Below are positions 1-7,576 of a stretch of DNA of 20,000 nt, in pieces; within the stretch, counting starts at the first letter, position 1, and every line of letters begins with the position of its first letter. Below the pieces are notes generated by a model. It made no database searches. It saw nothing but the letters and a program-made list of their open reading frames with translations, and was not told the origin of the DNA. Both the position numbers and the translations under genes were made by a program. This DNA comes from an uncultured virus (IMG/VR IMGVR_UViG_2562617076_000004) (Duplodnaviria; Heunggongvirae; Uroviricota; Caudoviricetes), in the IMG/VR virus record IMGVR_UViG_2562617076_000004, one strand, 5' to 3'.

Positions 1-611
1 AGGCCGAACAGGCCGCCCGTGAGGGCGGCAGTGTTCGCCATGCGTCGGGCTATGACCTGATGCTGCTGCAGCTGGCAGAAGACCGCCGCCGCCTCAAGGG
101 CGTCCAGTCCACGGTGAAAAAGGCGGAAATCAAGGTGGAGCTGCTGCCGAAATATTCCGCCTGGGCGGAGGGCGTGCTGGCTGCCGGAGGTGCGCAGCAG
201 GATGACGTGCTGATGTACGTGATGCTGTGGCGTATCGATGCCGGTGATTATGCCGGTGCGCTGGAAATCGGGCGTCATGCGCTGCGCCATGGCTGGGTGA
301 TGCCGCTGGGCAACCGTAACGTGCAGACCGTGCTGGCAGAGGAAATGGCAGACGCGGCGCAAGGCGCTCTGCTAGCCGCAGCCGGTTTTGATGCCGATCT
401 GCTTTTGCAGACACTGGACCTGACAACCGATCTGGATATGCCGGACCAGTCGCGGGCGCGTCTGCATAAAGCCATCGGCGCTGTACTGAGCGAAAGCAAC
501 CCGGCATCTGCCCTGAATCACCTTACCCATGCGCTGCAGCTCGATCCCCGCTGCGGTGTGAAAAAAGAAAAGCAGCAGCTGGAGCGCAGACTGCGCAATG
601 ACAGCCGCTAA
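1..611 (+). CDS. M: Terminase small (endonuclease) subunit, P2 gpM-like; 5' end lies outside the window
   Basis: The frame is open from position 3 (AEQAAREGG...). Motifs match gpM: KAEIKVELLPKY..W.EGVL, MLWRIDAGDY..AL, LDPRCGVKK. It lies directly upstream of L. Confidence 0.92.
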   Translation, partial: AEQAAREGGSVRHASGYDLMLLQLAEDRRRLKGVQSTVKKAEIKVELLPKYSAWAEGVLAAGGAQQDDVLMYVMLWRIDAGDYAGALEIGRHALRHGWVMPLGNRNVQTVLAEEMADAAQGALLAAAGFDADLLLQTLDLTTDLDMPDQSRARLHKAIGAVLSESNPASALNHLTHALQLDPRCGVKKEKQQLERRLRNDSR

Positions 612-704
612 CGAACGTGCCCCGCGCACGGGCGGCACGGGGTGGCGAAAGGCACTGCCACATCAAAATTCCGTCCACCGCCCACTTATTCAGGAGAAAG
701 TCGC

Positions 705-1169
705 ATGAAGTTTGTTGCGCCCGAACAGGCACCGGAACAGGCGGAGGTCATCAAAAATACGCCGTTCTGGCCTGATGTGGACCTGTCGGAATTTCGCAGT
801 GTGATGCGCACTGACGGCACGGTGACGCAGCCGCGTTTAAAGCAGGTCGTGCTGACGGCGATCTCTGAGGTTAACGCTGAGCTGTACGACTTCCGCAACC
901 GTCAGCAGATGCAGGGCTGGCGGACACTTGCTGAGGTTCCCGCAGAAATGCTGGACGGTAAAAGCGAGCGTATCCGGCACTACCACAACGCTGTTTTTTG
1001 CTGGGCGCGCGCTGTGCTTAATGAGCGTTATCAGGACTATGACGCCACGGCGTCAGGCGTGAAGCGAGGGGAGGAGCTGGCGGAGGCCAGCGGCGATCTG
1101 TGGCGTGATGCCCGCTGGGCCATCAGCCGGGTGCAGGATGCACCGCACTGTACGGTGGAGCTTATCTGA
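705..1169 (+). CDS. L: Head completion/stabilisation protein, gpL-like
   Basis: ATG at 705 follows CAGGAG (691-696). Motifs I.NTPFWPDVDL..FR..MR.DGTVT..RL and C-terminal LWRDARWAISR....HCTVELI. Confidence 0.92.
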   Translation: MKFVAPEQAPEQAEVIKNTPFWPDVDLSEFRSVMRTDGTVTQPRLKQVVLTAISEVNAELYDFRNRQQMQGWRTLAEVPAEMLDGKSERIRHYHNAVFCWARAVLNERYQDYDATASGVKRGEELAEASGDLWRDARWAISRVQDAPHCTVELI

Positions 1170-1372
1170 TGAAAGTGCGTGCGCATCAGTATGACACGGT
1201 GGACGCGCTTTGCTGGCGTCATTACGGGCGCACGCAGGGTGTCACTGAGCAGGTTCTGCAGGCAAATCCGGGGCTGGCTGAGTACGGCCCATTTTTACCG
1301 CACGGGCTGCAGGTGGAGCTGCCGGACATTACGGCGTCAACCACGGCGCAGACCGTCCAGCTATGGGACTGA
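1169..1372 (+). CDS. X: Tail protein X (LysM-like baseplate/tail protein)
   Basis: 67 aa, MKVRAHQYDTVDALCWRHYGRTQGVTEQVL.ANPGLAE...VQLWD. TGATG stop/start overlap with L. Confidence 0.93.
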   Translation: MKVRAHQYDTVDALCWRHYGRTQGVTEQVLQANPGLAEYGPFLPHGLQVELPDITASTTAQTVQLWD

Positions 1373-1375
1373 ATT

Positions 1376-1591
1376 ATGACGCTTGAACGAATCAGCGCCT
1401 TTATCACTTACTGCATTGCCGTGCTGCTGGCATGGCTGGGCGATCTGTCGCTCAAGGATGCGTCAACGGTTGGCGGCGTACTGATTGGTGTGCTGATGCT
1501 GGCTATCAACTGGTACTACAAACACCAGTCTTTCAAATTGTTACGTGGCGGCAAGATTTCGCGGGGGGAATATGAATCCTTCAATCGTTAA
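1376..1591 (+). CDS. Holin (small, two hydrophobic segments, charged C-terminus)
   Basis: 71 aa with two hydrophobic stretches and an INWYYK motif, located immediately before the endolysin. Confidence 0.85.
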   Translation: MTLERISAFITYCIAVLLAWLGDLSLKDASTVGGVLIGVLMLAINWYYKHQSFKLLRGGKISRGEYESFNR

Positions 1592-2081
1592 GCGCTGCCT
1601 TGTCGGGGCGGTGCTGGCTATCGCAGCCACGCTGCCCGGATTTCAGTCGCTTCATACCTCCGTTGAGGGGCTGAAACTGATCGCCGATTACGAGGGATGC
1701 CGCCTGCAGCCTTATCAGTGCAGTGCGGGCGTCTGGACTGACGGGATCGGCAATACGTCCGGTGTGGTGCCTGGAAAAACCATCACGGAACGGCAGGCGG
1801 CGCAGGGACTTATCACCAACGTGCTGCGCGTGGAGCGAGCACTGGATAAATGTGTGGTGCAGCCGATGCCGCAAAAGGTCTATGACGCGGTGGTGTCGTT
1901 TGCTTTCAACGTGGGCACCGGCAACGCCTGCAGCTCCACGCTGGTTAAGTTGCTGAACCAGCGACGCTGGGCGGATGCCTGCCATCAGCTGCCGCGCTGG
2001 GTATATGTCAAAGGTGTGTTTAATCAGGGGCTGGACAACCGCCGCGCGCGGGAAATGGCCTGGTGCTTAAAAGGAGCATAA
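1572..2081 (+). CDS. SAR endolysin (GH24 lysozyme, P1 Lyz-like)
   Basis: ATG at 1572 after GGGGGG. N-terminal weakly hydrophobic SAR segment (KRCLVGAVLAIAATL). Catalytic triad E41-x8-C50-x5-T56. DAVVSFAFNVG and GL.NRR..E motifs. Confidence 0.92.
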   Translation: MNPSIVKRCLVGAVLAIAATLPGFQSLHTSVEGLKLIADYEGCRLQPYQCSAGVWTDGIGNTSGVVPGKTITERQAAQGLITNVLRVERALDKCVVQPMPQKVYDAVVSFAFNVGTGNACSSTLVKLLNQRRWADACHQLPRWVYVKGVFNQGLDNRRAREMAWCLKGA

Positions 2082-2085
2082 CGGA

Positions 2086-2463
2086 ATGAAAAAGAAAGTC
2101 ATGAGCGTTTTTTTCCAGCTGGCATGGGCTGCGCTGTTGGTAATCAGCCTGCTGTATCCGCGCAGCGGTGCGCCGGTTCTGGTTGGTGCGTCTGTCTGGG
2201 GGTCATGCTTCCTCGCCTGGCTGCTTGCTGCGCTGTGCGCTGTCGGGTGGTTCGCCGGAGATCGGGCGCGCGATGAGGTCAGGGCGGCATTAATCAAATT
2301 CAGGGCGCACCCCGTAAAACCCGTGCGTACATGGGCTATCAGGCTGCTTATTGTTCTGTGCCTGGCGTTTTCGGGATGGGTGATCACCCTAGTGTTTTAC
2401 CTGCTGACGCTGGTTTTGTATCAGATTGCCCGCTCACAGCTTCATGAGCCGATGGCGGCCTGA
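2086..2463 (+). CDS. Multi-pass membrane protein of the lysis cassette, at the position of P2 lysA; function uncertain
   Basis: 125 aa with about four hydrophobic segments, between endolysin and lysB. Its stop overlaps the lysB start (TGATG). Confidence 0.7.
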   Translation: MKKKVMSVFFQLAWAALLVISLLYPRSGAPVLVGASVWGSCFLAWLLAALCAVGWFAGDRARDEVRAALIKFRAHPVKPVRTWAIRLLIVLCLAFSGWVITLVFYLLTLVLYQIARSQLHEPMAA

Positions 2464-2888
2464 TGCGTGCGCTGGCGGTAGTGCTGGCGCTGGCACTTGC
2501 GGCGCTGGGCTGGCAGTCGTGGCGGTTAAACAATGCCAGCCACACCATCGAAACGCAGGGCGCGGCGCTGAAAAGCAAAACGCAGGAGCTGACGAAGAAA
2601 AACAGCCAGCTGATCGGCCTGTCCATTCTGACCGAAACCAACAGCCGGGAGCAGACGCGGCTTTATGCGGCAGCGGAACAGACCACCGCACTGCTGCGAA
2701 GCCGTCAGCGCCGGATCGAGGAACTGAAACGTGAAAACGAGGATTTGCGCCGCTGGGCTGACACTCCTTTGCCTGCTGACATTATCCGGCTGCGGGAGCG
2801 TCCGGCCCTCGCCGGAGGTGCAGCTTACCGTGAGTGGCTGTCCCAGAGTGACGCAGTGCCGCCTGGAAAGGTCAGCGCCGAGCAGTAA
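2463..2888 (+). CDS. lysB: LysB, Rz-like inner-membrane spanin
   Basis: N-terminal TM segment (MRALAVVLALALAALGW), a coiled-coil body and LKRENEDLRRWADTPLPADIIRL. Confidence 0.9.
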   Translation: MRALAVVLALALAALGWQSWRLNNASHTIETQGAALKSKTQELTKKNSQLIGLSILTETNSREQTRLYAAAEQTTALLRSRQRRIEELKRENEDLRRWADTPLPADIIRLRERPALAGGAAYREWLSQSDAVPPGKVSAEQ

Positions 2889-3021
2889 CGGCGATCTGAA
2901 TGCGGAGCTGGATGAAACCGAGGCCGCCTGGGCGGTCTGTGCTGACAAAGTGGACACAATTATTGCGTGTCAGGAGCGAGACAGTGAACAAACCGCAGTC
3001 CTTACGCAGCGCCCTGAATAA
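2731..3021 (+). CDS. lysC: LysC, Rz1-like outer-membrane lipoprotein spanin
   Basis: GTG start. Signal peptide with lipobox LSGC. CPRVTQC..NGDL..AWAVCADKVD motif. Overlaps the 3' end of lysB in another frame. Confidence 0.88.
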   Translation: MKTRICAAGLTLLCLLTLSGCGSVRPSPEVQLTVSGCPRVTQCRLERSAPSSNGDLNAELDETEAAWAVCADKVDTIIACQERDSEQTAVLTQRPE

Positions 3022-3415
3022 AGCGGTTGCCTATGTCCGGGACAACCCGGACAAGCTGCACCTTTTCGTTGATAACGGCTCACTGGTGGCAACAGGAGCC
3101 AGTTCCATGTCATGGGAATACCGCTACACCCTGAACGTGGTGATCGAGGATTTCAGCGGCGACCAGAATCTGCTGATGGCCCCGGTTTTGCTGTGGCTGC
3201 GTGATAACCAGCCCGATGCCATCAATAACCCGGCGTTACGGGAAAAGTTATTCACCTTTGAGGTGGATATTCTGCGCAATGATGTCTGTGATATCAGCCT
3301 GAACCTGCAACTGACGGAGCGTGTGCTGGTCAGCACTGACGGAAGTGTGTCGAGCGTTGAAGCGATAACGGAACCCGATGAACCTGAAGAAATGTGGACG
3401 GTGAAACGTGGCTGA
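2984..3415 (+). CDS. R: Tail completion protein, gpR-like
   Basis: GTG at 2984 after CAGGAG gives MNKPQSLRSAL...NPDKLHLFVDNG...SWEYRYTLN...LQLTERVLV. Confidence 0.9.
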   Translation: MNKPQSLRSALNKAVAYVRDNPDKLHLFVDNGSLVATGASSMSWEYRYTLNVVIEDFSGDQNLLMAPVLLWLRDNQPDAINNPALREKLFTFEVDILRNDVCDISLNLQLTERVLVSTDGSVSSVEAITEPDEPEEMWTVKRG

Positions 3416-3851
3416 ATTGCAGAAGGTGGACGACTGGCTGAGTGCCTTGCTGGCGAATCTGGAGCCAGCCGCAAGAAGCCGCATGATGCGTCAGCTGGCG
3501 CAGGAACTGCGCCGGACACAGCAGCAGAATATCAGGATGCAGCGCAACCCTGACGGCAGCAGCTATGAACCGCGAAGGGTAACAGCACGCAGTAAAAAGG
3601 GGCGTATCAAACGTCAGATGTTTGCAAAGCTGCGCACCACAAAATACCTGAAAACTGCCGCCAGTGCCGACTCTGCCAGCGTGCAGTTTGAGGGCAAGGT
3701 GCAGCGCATTGCTCGTGTTCACCATTACGGACTGCGTGATCGTGTAAGCCACAAGGGGCCTTGGATTCGATATGAGGAGAGGAGATTACTTGGTAATAAC
3801 GATAAGGTTGAAAAACAAATTTATGATGTCTTAGTAGAGTGGTTAAAATAA
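3408..3851 (+). CDS. S: Virion morphogenesis / tail completion protein, gpS-like
   Basis: QQNIRMQRNPDGSSYEPR, MFAKLRT, RIARVHHYGLRD and RRLLG motifs. The last ~30 codons are AT-rich. Confidence 0.92.
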   Translation: MAELQKVDDWLSALLANLEPAARSRMMRQLAQELRRTQQQNIRMQRNPDGSSYEPRRVTARSKKGRIKRQMFAKLRTTKYLKTAASADSASVQFEGKVQRIARVHHYGLRDRVSHKGPWIRYEERRLLGNNDKVEKQIYDVLVEWLK

Positions 3852-3869
3852 TAATTCATATATAAATGG

Positions 3870-3895
3870 TTGGGCGGCGTTTTAAAACCGCCCAA
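3870..3895. terminator. GC hairpin between the convergent S and AIPR genes; possible terminator
   Basis: TTGGGCGG (3870-3877) pairs with CCGCCCAA (3888-3895). No clean downstream U-tract on either strand, so intrinsic terminator function is uncertain. Confidence 0.5.
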
Positions 3896-3901
3896 AAATA
3901 T

Positions 3902-5608
3902 TTATTCTAAGTTTTCAGCTAAGACTCTTAACGGTTCTATAGGCTGAAATGCTTTTAAGGAGCTTAAAGTGTTTTTAACTTCTGTAGCGACAGTATGCAA
4001 AGGATTTTCTGTTTCAGATAAGTATGTGGTTAGATCTTGACCAGCAAATCTAATGACAAATGGCAGTATAGCAGCGATTACTGGCGTCCATAAGTTAATT
4101 AAGTCGTCTAACGAATTGTTTGCTGCAAGGGATGTATTATATTTGTATTTAACAAATTTCTTATTCAATGGCTTGTCTGTTAATTCCTCAAGAATTTCGC
4201 CTACTATAGCAATCAAAAAGAAACGAGATTTAAGGTTTTGTAAGAATAGTAAGTTATCCTCATCAGATTTTATTTTGTTTTCTTTATTTTTAATCTGTGC
4301 CTTAACTTTTTCTATTGCTTTCGAAATAGTGTATGCACATAAAATATGTTGAGCTTTTGATTCATGAAATGCATTGTCATAAGCAGTCTTAGTATCAAAA
4401 ACATAGTTTTTGCCTCTATTTGCGCTGGCGTAATCGCCATGTAGAGCTACTAAGGGTTGTGCAACTGACTCAATGCCAAATAAAGAACTGGTGTTCTCAA
4501 AACCTCGTTTTAAAGAATAACTATAACCTAAGGTTGAAAACTCCTCACCTACTTGTTTTTGTTCTGGACTATTTGAATAATGATCCCAAGTCGTTATATG
4601 ATTTTGAGTGTTATTGAACTGAACTATTTTTTTTACTTTATCAGCATCATTGCACTCAATAACTTTACATAATACTTTCAACCCATCAAGTTTTTGTATA
4701 TCTTGCACAGAGCCTATAGAGCCAGTGGTTTGCGCTCCGTTGATGATCGATATGCCTTCTAAAATTCCTTCATTTTTATTCTTTTTGAATTTCGTTGTAA
4801 GAATTGATACGCCATTATTAAAAACAAAAAAATCTTTAGGAGTGGTTTCGGCTGTACTTCTAATTGATGAGTTTATTTTTCTTCTTTTGCTGAGCCCCAT
4901 AAAACCGCGGTAGTTAGCTGAGAATAGTTCAGCACCATGTGTTTTGAAAAGAGAGTTCAGCCAACTGCCATTAGCGAACCCTACATGGGAAGTCCATCCG
5001 TCTCCTTGTACTGAATCGACAAGAATACCATCAAAAACTATATCGTCTTTCACAACGATTTGCTGAGAAAGTGCTATATATAATTTTTCAAGACTATATA
5101 CACCCAATTCTTTGTACGTTATTTCGATTTCTTTATCAGTAAAGCGACCTGCCAGATAGTCACGACATGTTTCTAATTCAACTCTTACCTGTTCTGACTC
5201 AGCGCAATTGTGAATATATAAAAGCTCTACAGCTTCTATTTCATTATCATCAATAAGTTTTCTGACCTCGGCAATTTTCGCTCTTAATTTTTCATTAGGA
5301 GATTGACCAGAACCTGAAGTTATCCATGCTAAAGCAGTGTTGAGATCGGATGCTTTATTCGCTGGCGCAACGATTTTCAAAGCTTCTTGGTTGCAGTAAT
5401 AACCTTGCGCAATAAATAGTGTTGAATTTATTACAGTAATAAAATCTATTTTTTTATCATTACCACCATCAGTTAAACCATCTGAGGCTAATTTATCAAA
5501 GTCTGATTCGTCCAAGTATAGACCTAGGGACCATAATAGATGCGCGTTTCCAACGCCATATTTCTCGACAAAATCAGTCTTTTTTAGTAGTTGCTTTAGA
5601 TGTTCCAT
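3902..5608 (-). CDS. AIPR-family (abortive infection phage resistance) protein, AT-rich cargo gene
   Basis: 568 aa. AIPR core motifs: LFSANYRGFMG (N232-x-R234), KINSSIRST...PKDFFVFNNGVSIL, IINGAQTTGSI, NNTQN.I...D..SN. N-terminal DGGNDKKID...FIAQGY segment is restriction-endonuclease-like. Confidence 0.85.
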   Translation of the reverse strand: MEHLKQLLKKTDFVEKYGVGNAHLLWSLGLYLDESDFDKLASDGLTDGGNDKKIDFITVINSTLFIAQGYYCNQEALKIVAPANKASDLNTALAWITSGSGQSPNEKLRAKIAEVRKLIDDNEIEAVELLYIHNCAESEQVRVELETCRDYLAGRFTDKEIEITYKELGVYSLEKLYIALSQQIVVKDDIVFDGILVDSVQGDGWTSHVGFANGSWLNSLFKTHGAELFSANYRGFMGLSKRRKINSSIRSTAETTPKDFFVFNNGVSILTTKFKKNKNEGILEGISIINGAQTTGSIGSVQDIQKLDGLKVLCKVIECNDADKVKKIVQFNNTQNHITTWDHYSNSPEQKQVGEEFSTLGYSYSLKRGFENTSSLFGIESVAQPLVALHGDYASANRGKNYVFDTKTAYDNAFHESKAQHILCAYTISKAIEKVKAQIKNKENKIKSDEDNLLFLQNLKSRFFLIAIVGEILEELTDKPLNKKFVKYKYNTSLAANNSLDDLINLWTPVIAAILPFVIRFAGQDLTTYLSETENPLHTVATEVKNTLSSLKAFQPIEPLRVLAENLE

Positions 5609-5680
5609 TCTGATATCCAGTCCAGTGTCAATGAGATAAGTCTATATAATGTATATCTGCTTATCTGAACTTTCTAGTTT

Positions 5681-5746
5681 TTTGTATGAAGCCTCATACA
5701 AATATCAATGCTACTTCTCATTTGCTGTTTCTATCATGCTCTCCAC
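5681..5746 (+). promoter_or_regulatory. Ogr-dependent late promoter pV
   Basis: TGT-N12-ACA at 5683-5700 lies within a perfect 9-bp inverted repeat TTTGTATGA-agcc-TCATACAAA (5681-5702), centred about 55 bp upstream of the V ATG. -10-like TATCAT/CATGCT at 5732-5740. Confidence 0.8.
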
Positions 5747-6325
5747 ATGAACGAACAACTGACCGAAATCATGCGCCTTATCACCAACCTCATCCGCACC
5801 GGCATTGTGACCGAAGTGGATCGGGAAAACTGGCTGTGCCGGGTGAAAGTGGGCGAGCTTGAAACAAACTGGATTAACTGGCTGACGCTGCGCGCCGGTG
5901 GTGCCCGTACATGGTGGTGTCCGTCGCCGGATGAGCAGGTGGTGGTGCTGAGCATGGGCGGTAATCTGGAAACCGCTTTTGTGCTGCCCGCTATCTACTC
6001 CAATCAGTTTCCGCCGCCGTCGGATTCCGTGGACGGCTGCGTGACGGAGTACCCGGACGGGGGCTGGTTTGAGTATGAACCTGCCACCGGACGGTGGCAT
6101 GTCCGGGGTATCAAATCCATGGTGATCGAAGCGGTGGACAATATCACCCTCAAAACCGGTGAGTTTGTGGTGGAGGCTGACACCACGCGCATTAACAGTG
6201 AGGTGGTGATCAATGGTGGCATTACTCAGGGCGGTGGCGCGATGAGTTCCAACGGGATCGTAGTTGATGACCATGAGCATACTGGTGTTCTGAAAGGCGG
6301 TGCTAACACGGGAGGTCCGGTATGA
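5747..6325 (+). CDS. V: Baseplate central spike, gpV
   Basis: RLITNLIRTGIV.EVD...CRV..G...TNWINW...RAG..RTWW.PS.DEQV. C-terminal HxH metal-binding motif (DDHEHTGV). Start placed at ATG 5747. Confidence 0.93.
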   Translation: MNEQLTEIMRLITNLIRTGIVTEVDRENWLCRVKVGELETNWINWLTLRAGGARTWWCPSPDEQVVVLSMGGNLETAFVLPAIYSNQFPPPSDSVDGCVTEYPDGGWFEYEPATGRWHVRGIKSMVIEAVDNITLKTGEFVVEADTTRINSEVVINGGITQGGGAMSSNGIVVDDHEHTGVLKGGANTGGPV

Positions 6326-6681
6326 CGTTGTATATCGGTATGAGCAGGAATGACGGGCAGGCCATTTCAGATACAGACCATCTGCGCCAGTCGGTGCGGG
6401 ATATTCTGCTGACGCCGCAGGGCAGCCGTCTTGCCCGCCGGGAATATGGCTCCCTGCTGTCTGCCCTGATTGACCAGCCGCAGAACCCGGCGCTGCGCCT
6501 GCAGATTATGTCTGCGGTCTATGTGGCGCTGAACCGCTGGGAACCGCGCCTTACGCTGGACTCCATCACCATCAGCGGCAATTTTGACGGCTCGATGGCG
6601 GTTGAGATTACCGGACACAGCAATAACGGCGCGCCGGTTTCCCTTTCCGTTTCAACAGGAGCAGACAATGGCAGTCATTGA
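6322..6681 (+). CDS. W: Baseplate wedge protein gpW (GPW/gp25 family)
   Basis: DHLRQSVRDILLTPQGSRLARREYGS...ALNRWEPRL motif and synteny. Confidence 0.93.
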   Translation: MTLYIGMSRNDGQAISDTDHLRQSVRDILLTPQGSRLARREYGSLLSALIDQPQNPALRLQIMSAVYVALNRWEPRLTLDSITISGNFDGSMAVEITGHSNNGAPVSLSVSTGADNGSH

Positions 6682-7576
6682 CCTTTCCCAACTACCGCCG
6701 CCGCAGATTGTGGACGTGCCGGACTTTGAGGCATTGCTGGCAGAGCGTAAGGCCGCCTTTGTGGCCCTTCATCCGGCTGATGAACAGGAGGCTGTTATGC
6801 GCACGTTAGCGCTGGAGTCAGAACCTGTCACTAAACTGCTGCAGGAAAATACTTACCGCGAAATCCTGCTGCGCCAGCGAATTAATGAGGCTGCCCAGGC
6901 GGTCATGGTGGCCTATTCAATGGGAAATGACCTTGAGCAACTGGCAGCCAACTGCAACGTGAAACGCCTGACGGTAGTGCCTGCAGATAATGATGCAGTG
7001 CCGCCGGTCGCCGCAGTGATGGAAGATGATGAGGCGCTACGCCAGCGCATCCCTGCTGCGTTTGAGGGGTTGTCGGTTGCTGGCCCGACGGGAGCCTATG
7101 AATTTCACGCCAGAAGTGCGGACGGACGTGTGGCAGATGCCAGCGCAACCAGTCCGGCTCCTGCAGAGGTGGTACTTACCGTGCTGAGCCGGGAGGGTGA
7201 CGGTACAGCAGTAAAAGACCTGCTGGATGTGGTTGAAAAAGCCCTGAACAGTGAGAGTGTACGCCCGGTGGCTGACCGTCTGACGGTTCGTGGTGCGGAG
7301 ATCATACCGTACCGGGTGGAGGCTACCATTTTTCTTTATCCGGGGCCGGAAGCGGAGCCTGTTATGGCGGCGGCAAAAGCCAGCCTGCAGAAGTACATCG
7401 CCAGTCAGACGAGGCTGGGACGTGATATCCGCCGCAGCGCCATTTATGCCGCGCTGCACGTGGAGGGCGTCCAGCGTGTGGAGCTGACGTCCCCTCTGGA
7501 GGATGTGGTGCTGGATAAGACGCAGGCGGCATCCTGTACTGCATGGAGCGTTACCAACGGGGGCACGGATGAATAG
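6668..7576 (+). CDS. J: Baseplate assembly protein gpJ
   Basis: ATG at 6668 after CAGGAG. MAVIDLSQLPPP..., LESEP..KLLQEN.YRE, SVAGPTGAYEFHA, VRPVADR motifs. Confidence 0.94.
   Translation: MAVIDLSQLPPPQIVDVPDFEALLAERKAAFVALHPADEQEAVMRTLALESEPVTKLLQENTYREILLRQRINEAAQAVMVAYSMGNDLEQLAANCNVKRLTVVPADNDAVPPVAAVMEDDEALRQRIPAAFEGLSVAGPTGAYEFHARSADGRVADASATSPAPAEVVLTVLSREGDGTAVKDLLDVVEKALNSESVRPVADRLTVRGAEIIPYRVEATIFLYPGPEAEPVMAAAKASLQKYIASQTRLGRDIRRSAIYAALHVEGVQRVELTSPLEDVVLDKTQAASCTAWSVTNGGTDE

Noticed and set aside
4053..4913. Small + strand ORFs inside the AIPR gene (4053-4352, 4420-4617, 4650-4913), considered as antitoxin or partner genes
   Set aside because: They are antisense shadows of the long ORF with no recognisable motifs, so there is no support for a second component.
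5620..5640. Perfect TTGACA on the - strand just upstream of the AIPR start
   Set aside because: A -10 element 17 bp downstream would fall on the start codon and does not resemble TATAAT, so it is not called as the promoter.
642..7568. Longer upstream starts given by the ORF track for L (642), endolysin (1545), R (2900), V (5708), J (6584) and I (7503)
   Set aside because: Downstream starts (705, 1572, 2984, 5747, 6668, 7569) match the family N-termini, RBS positions or stop/start overlaps. The extensions overlap upstream genes or regulatory DNA.
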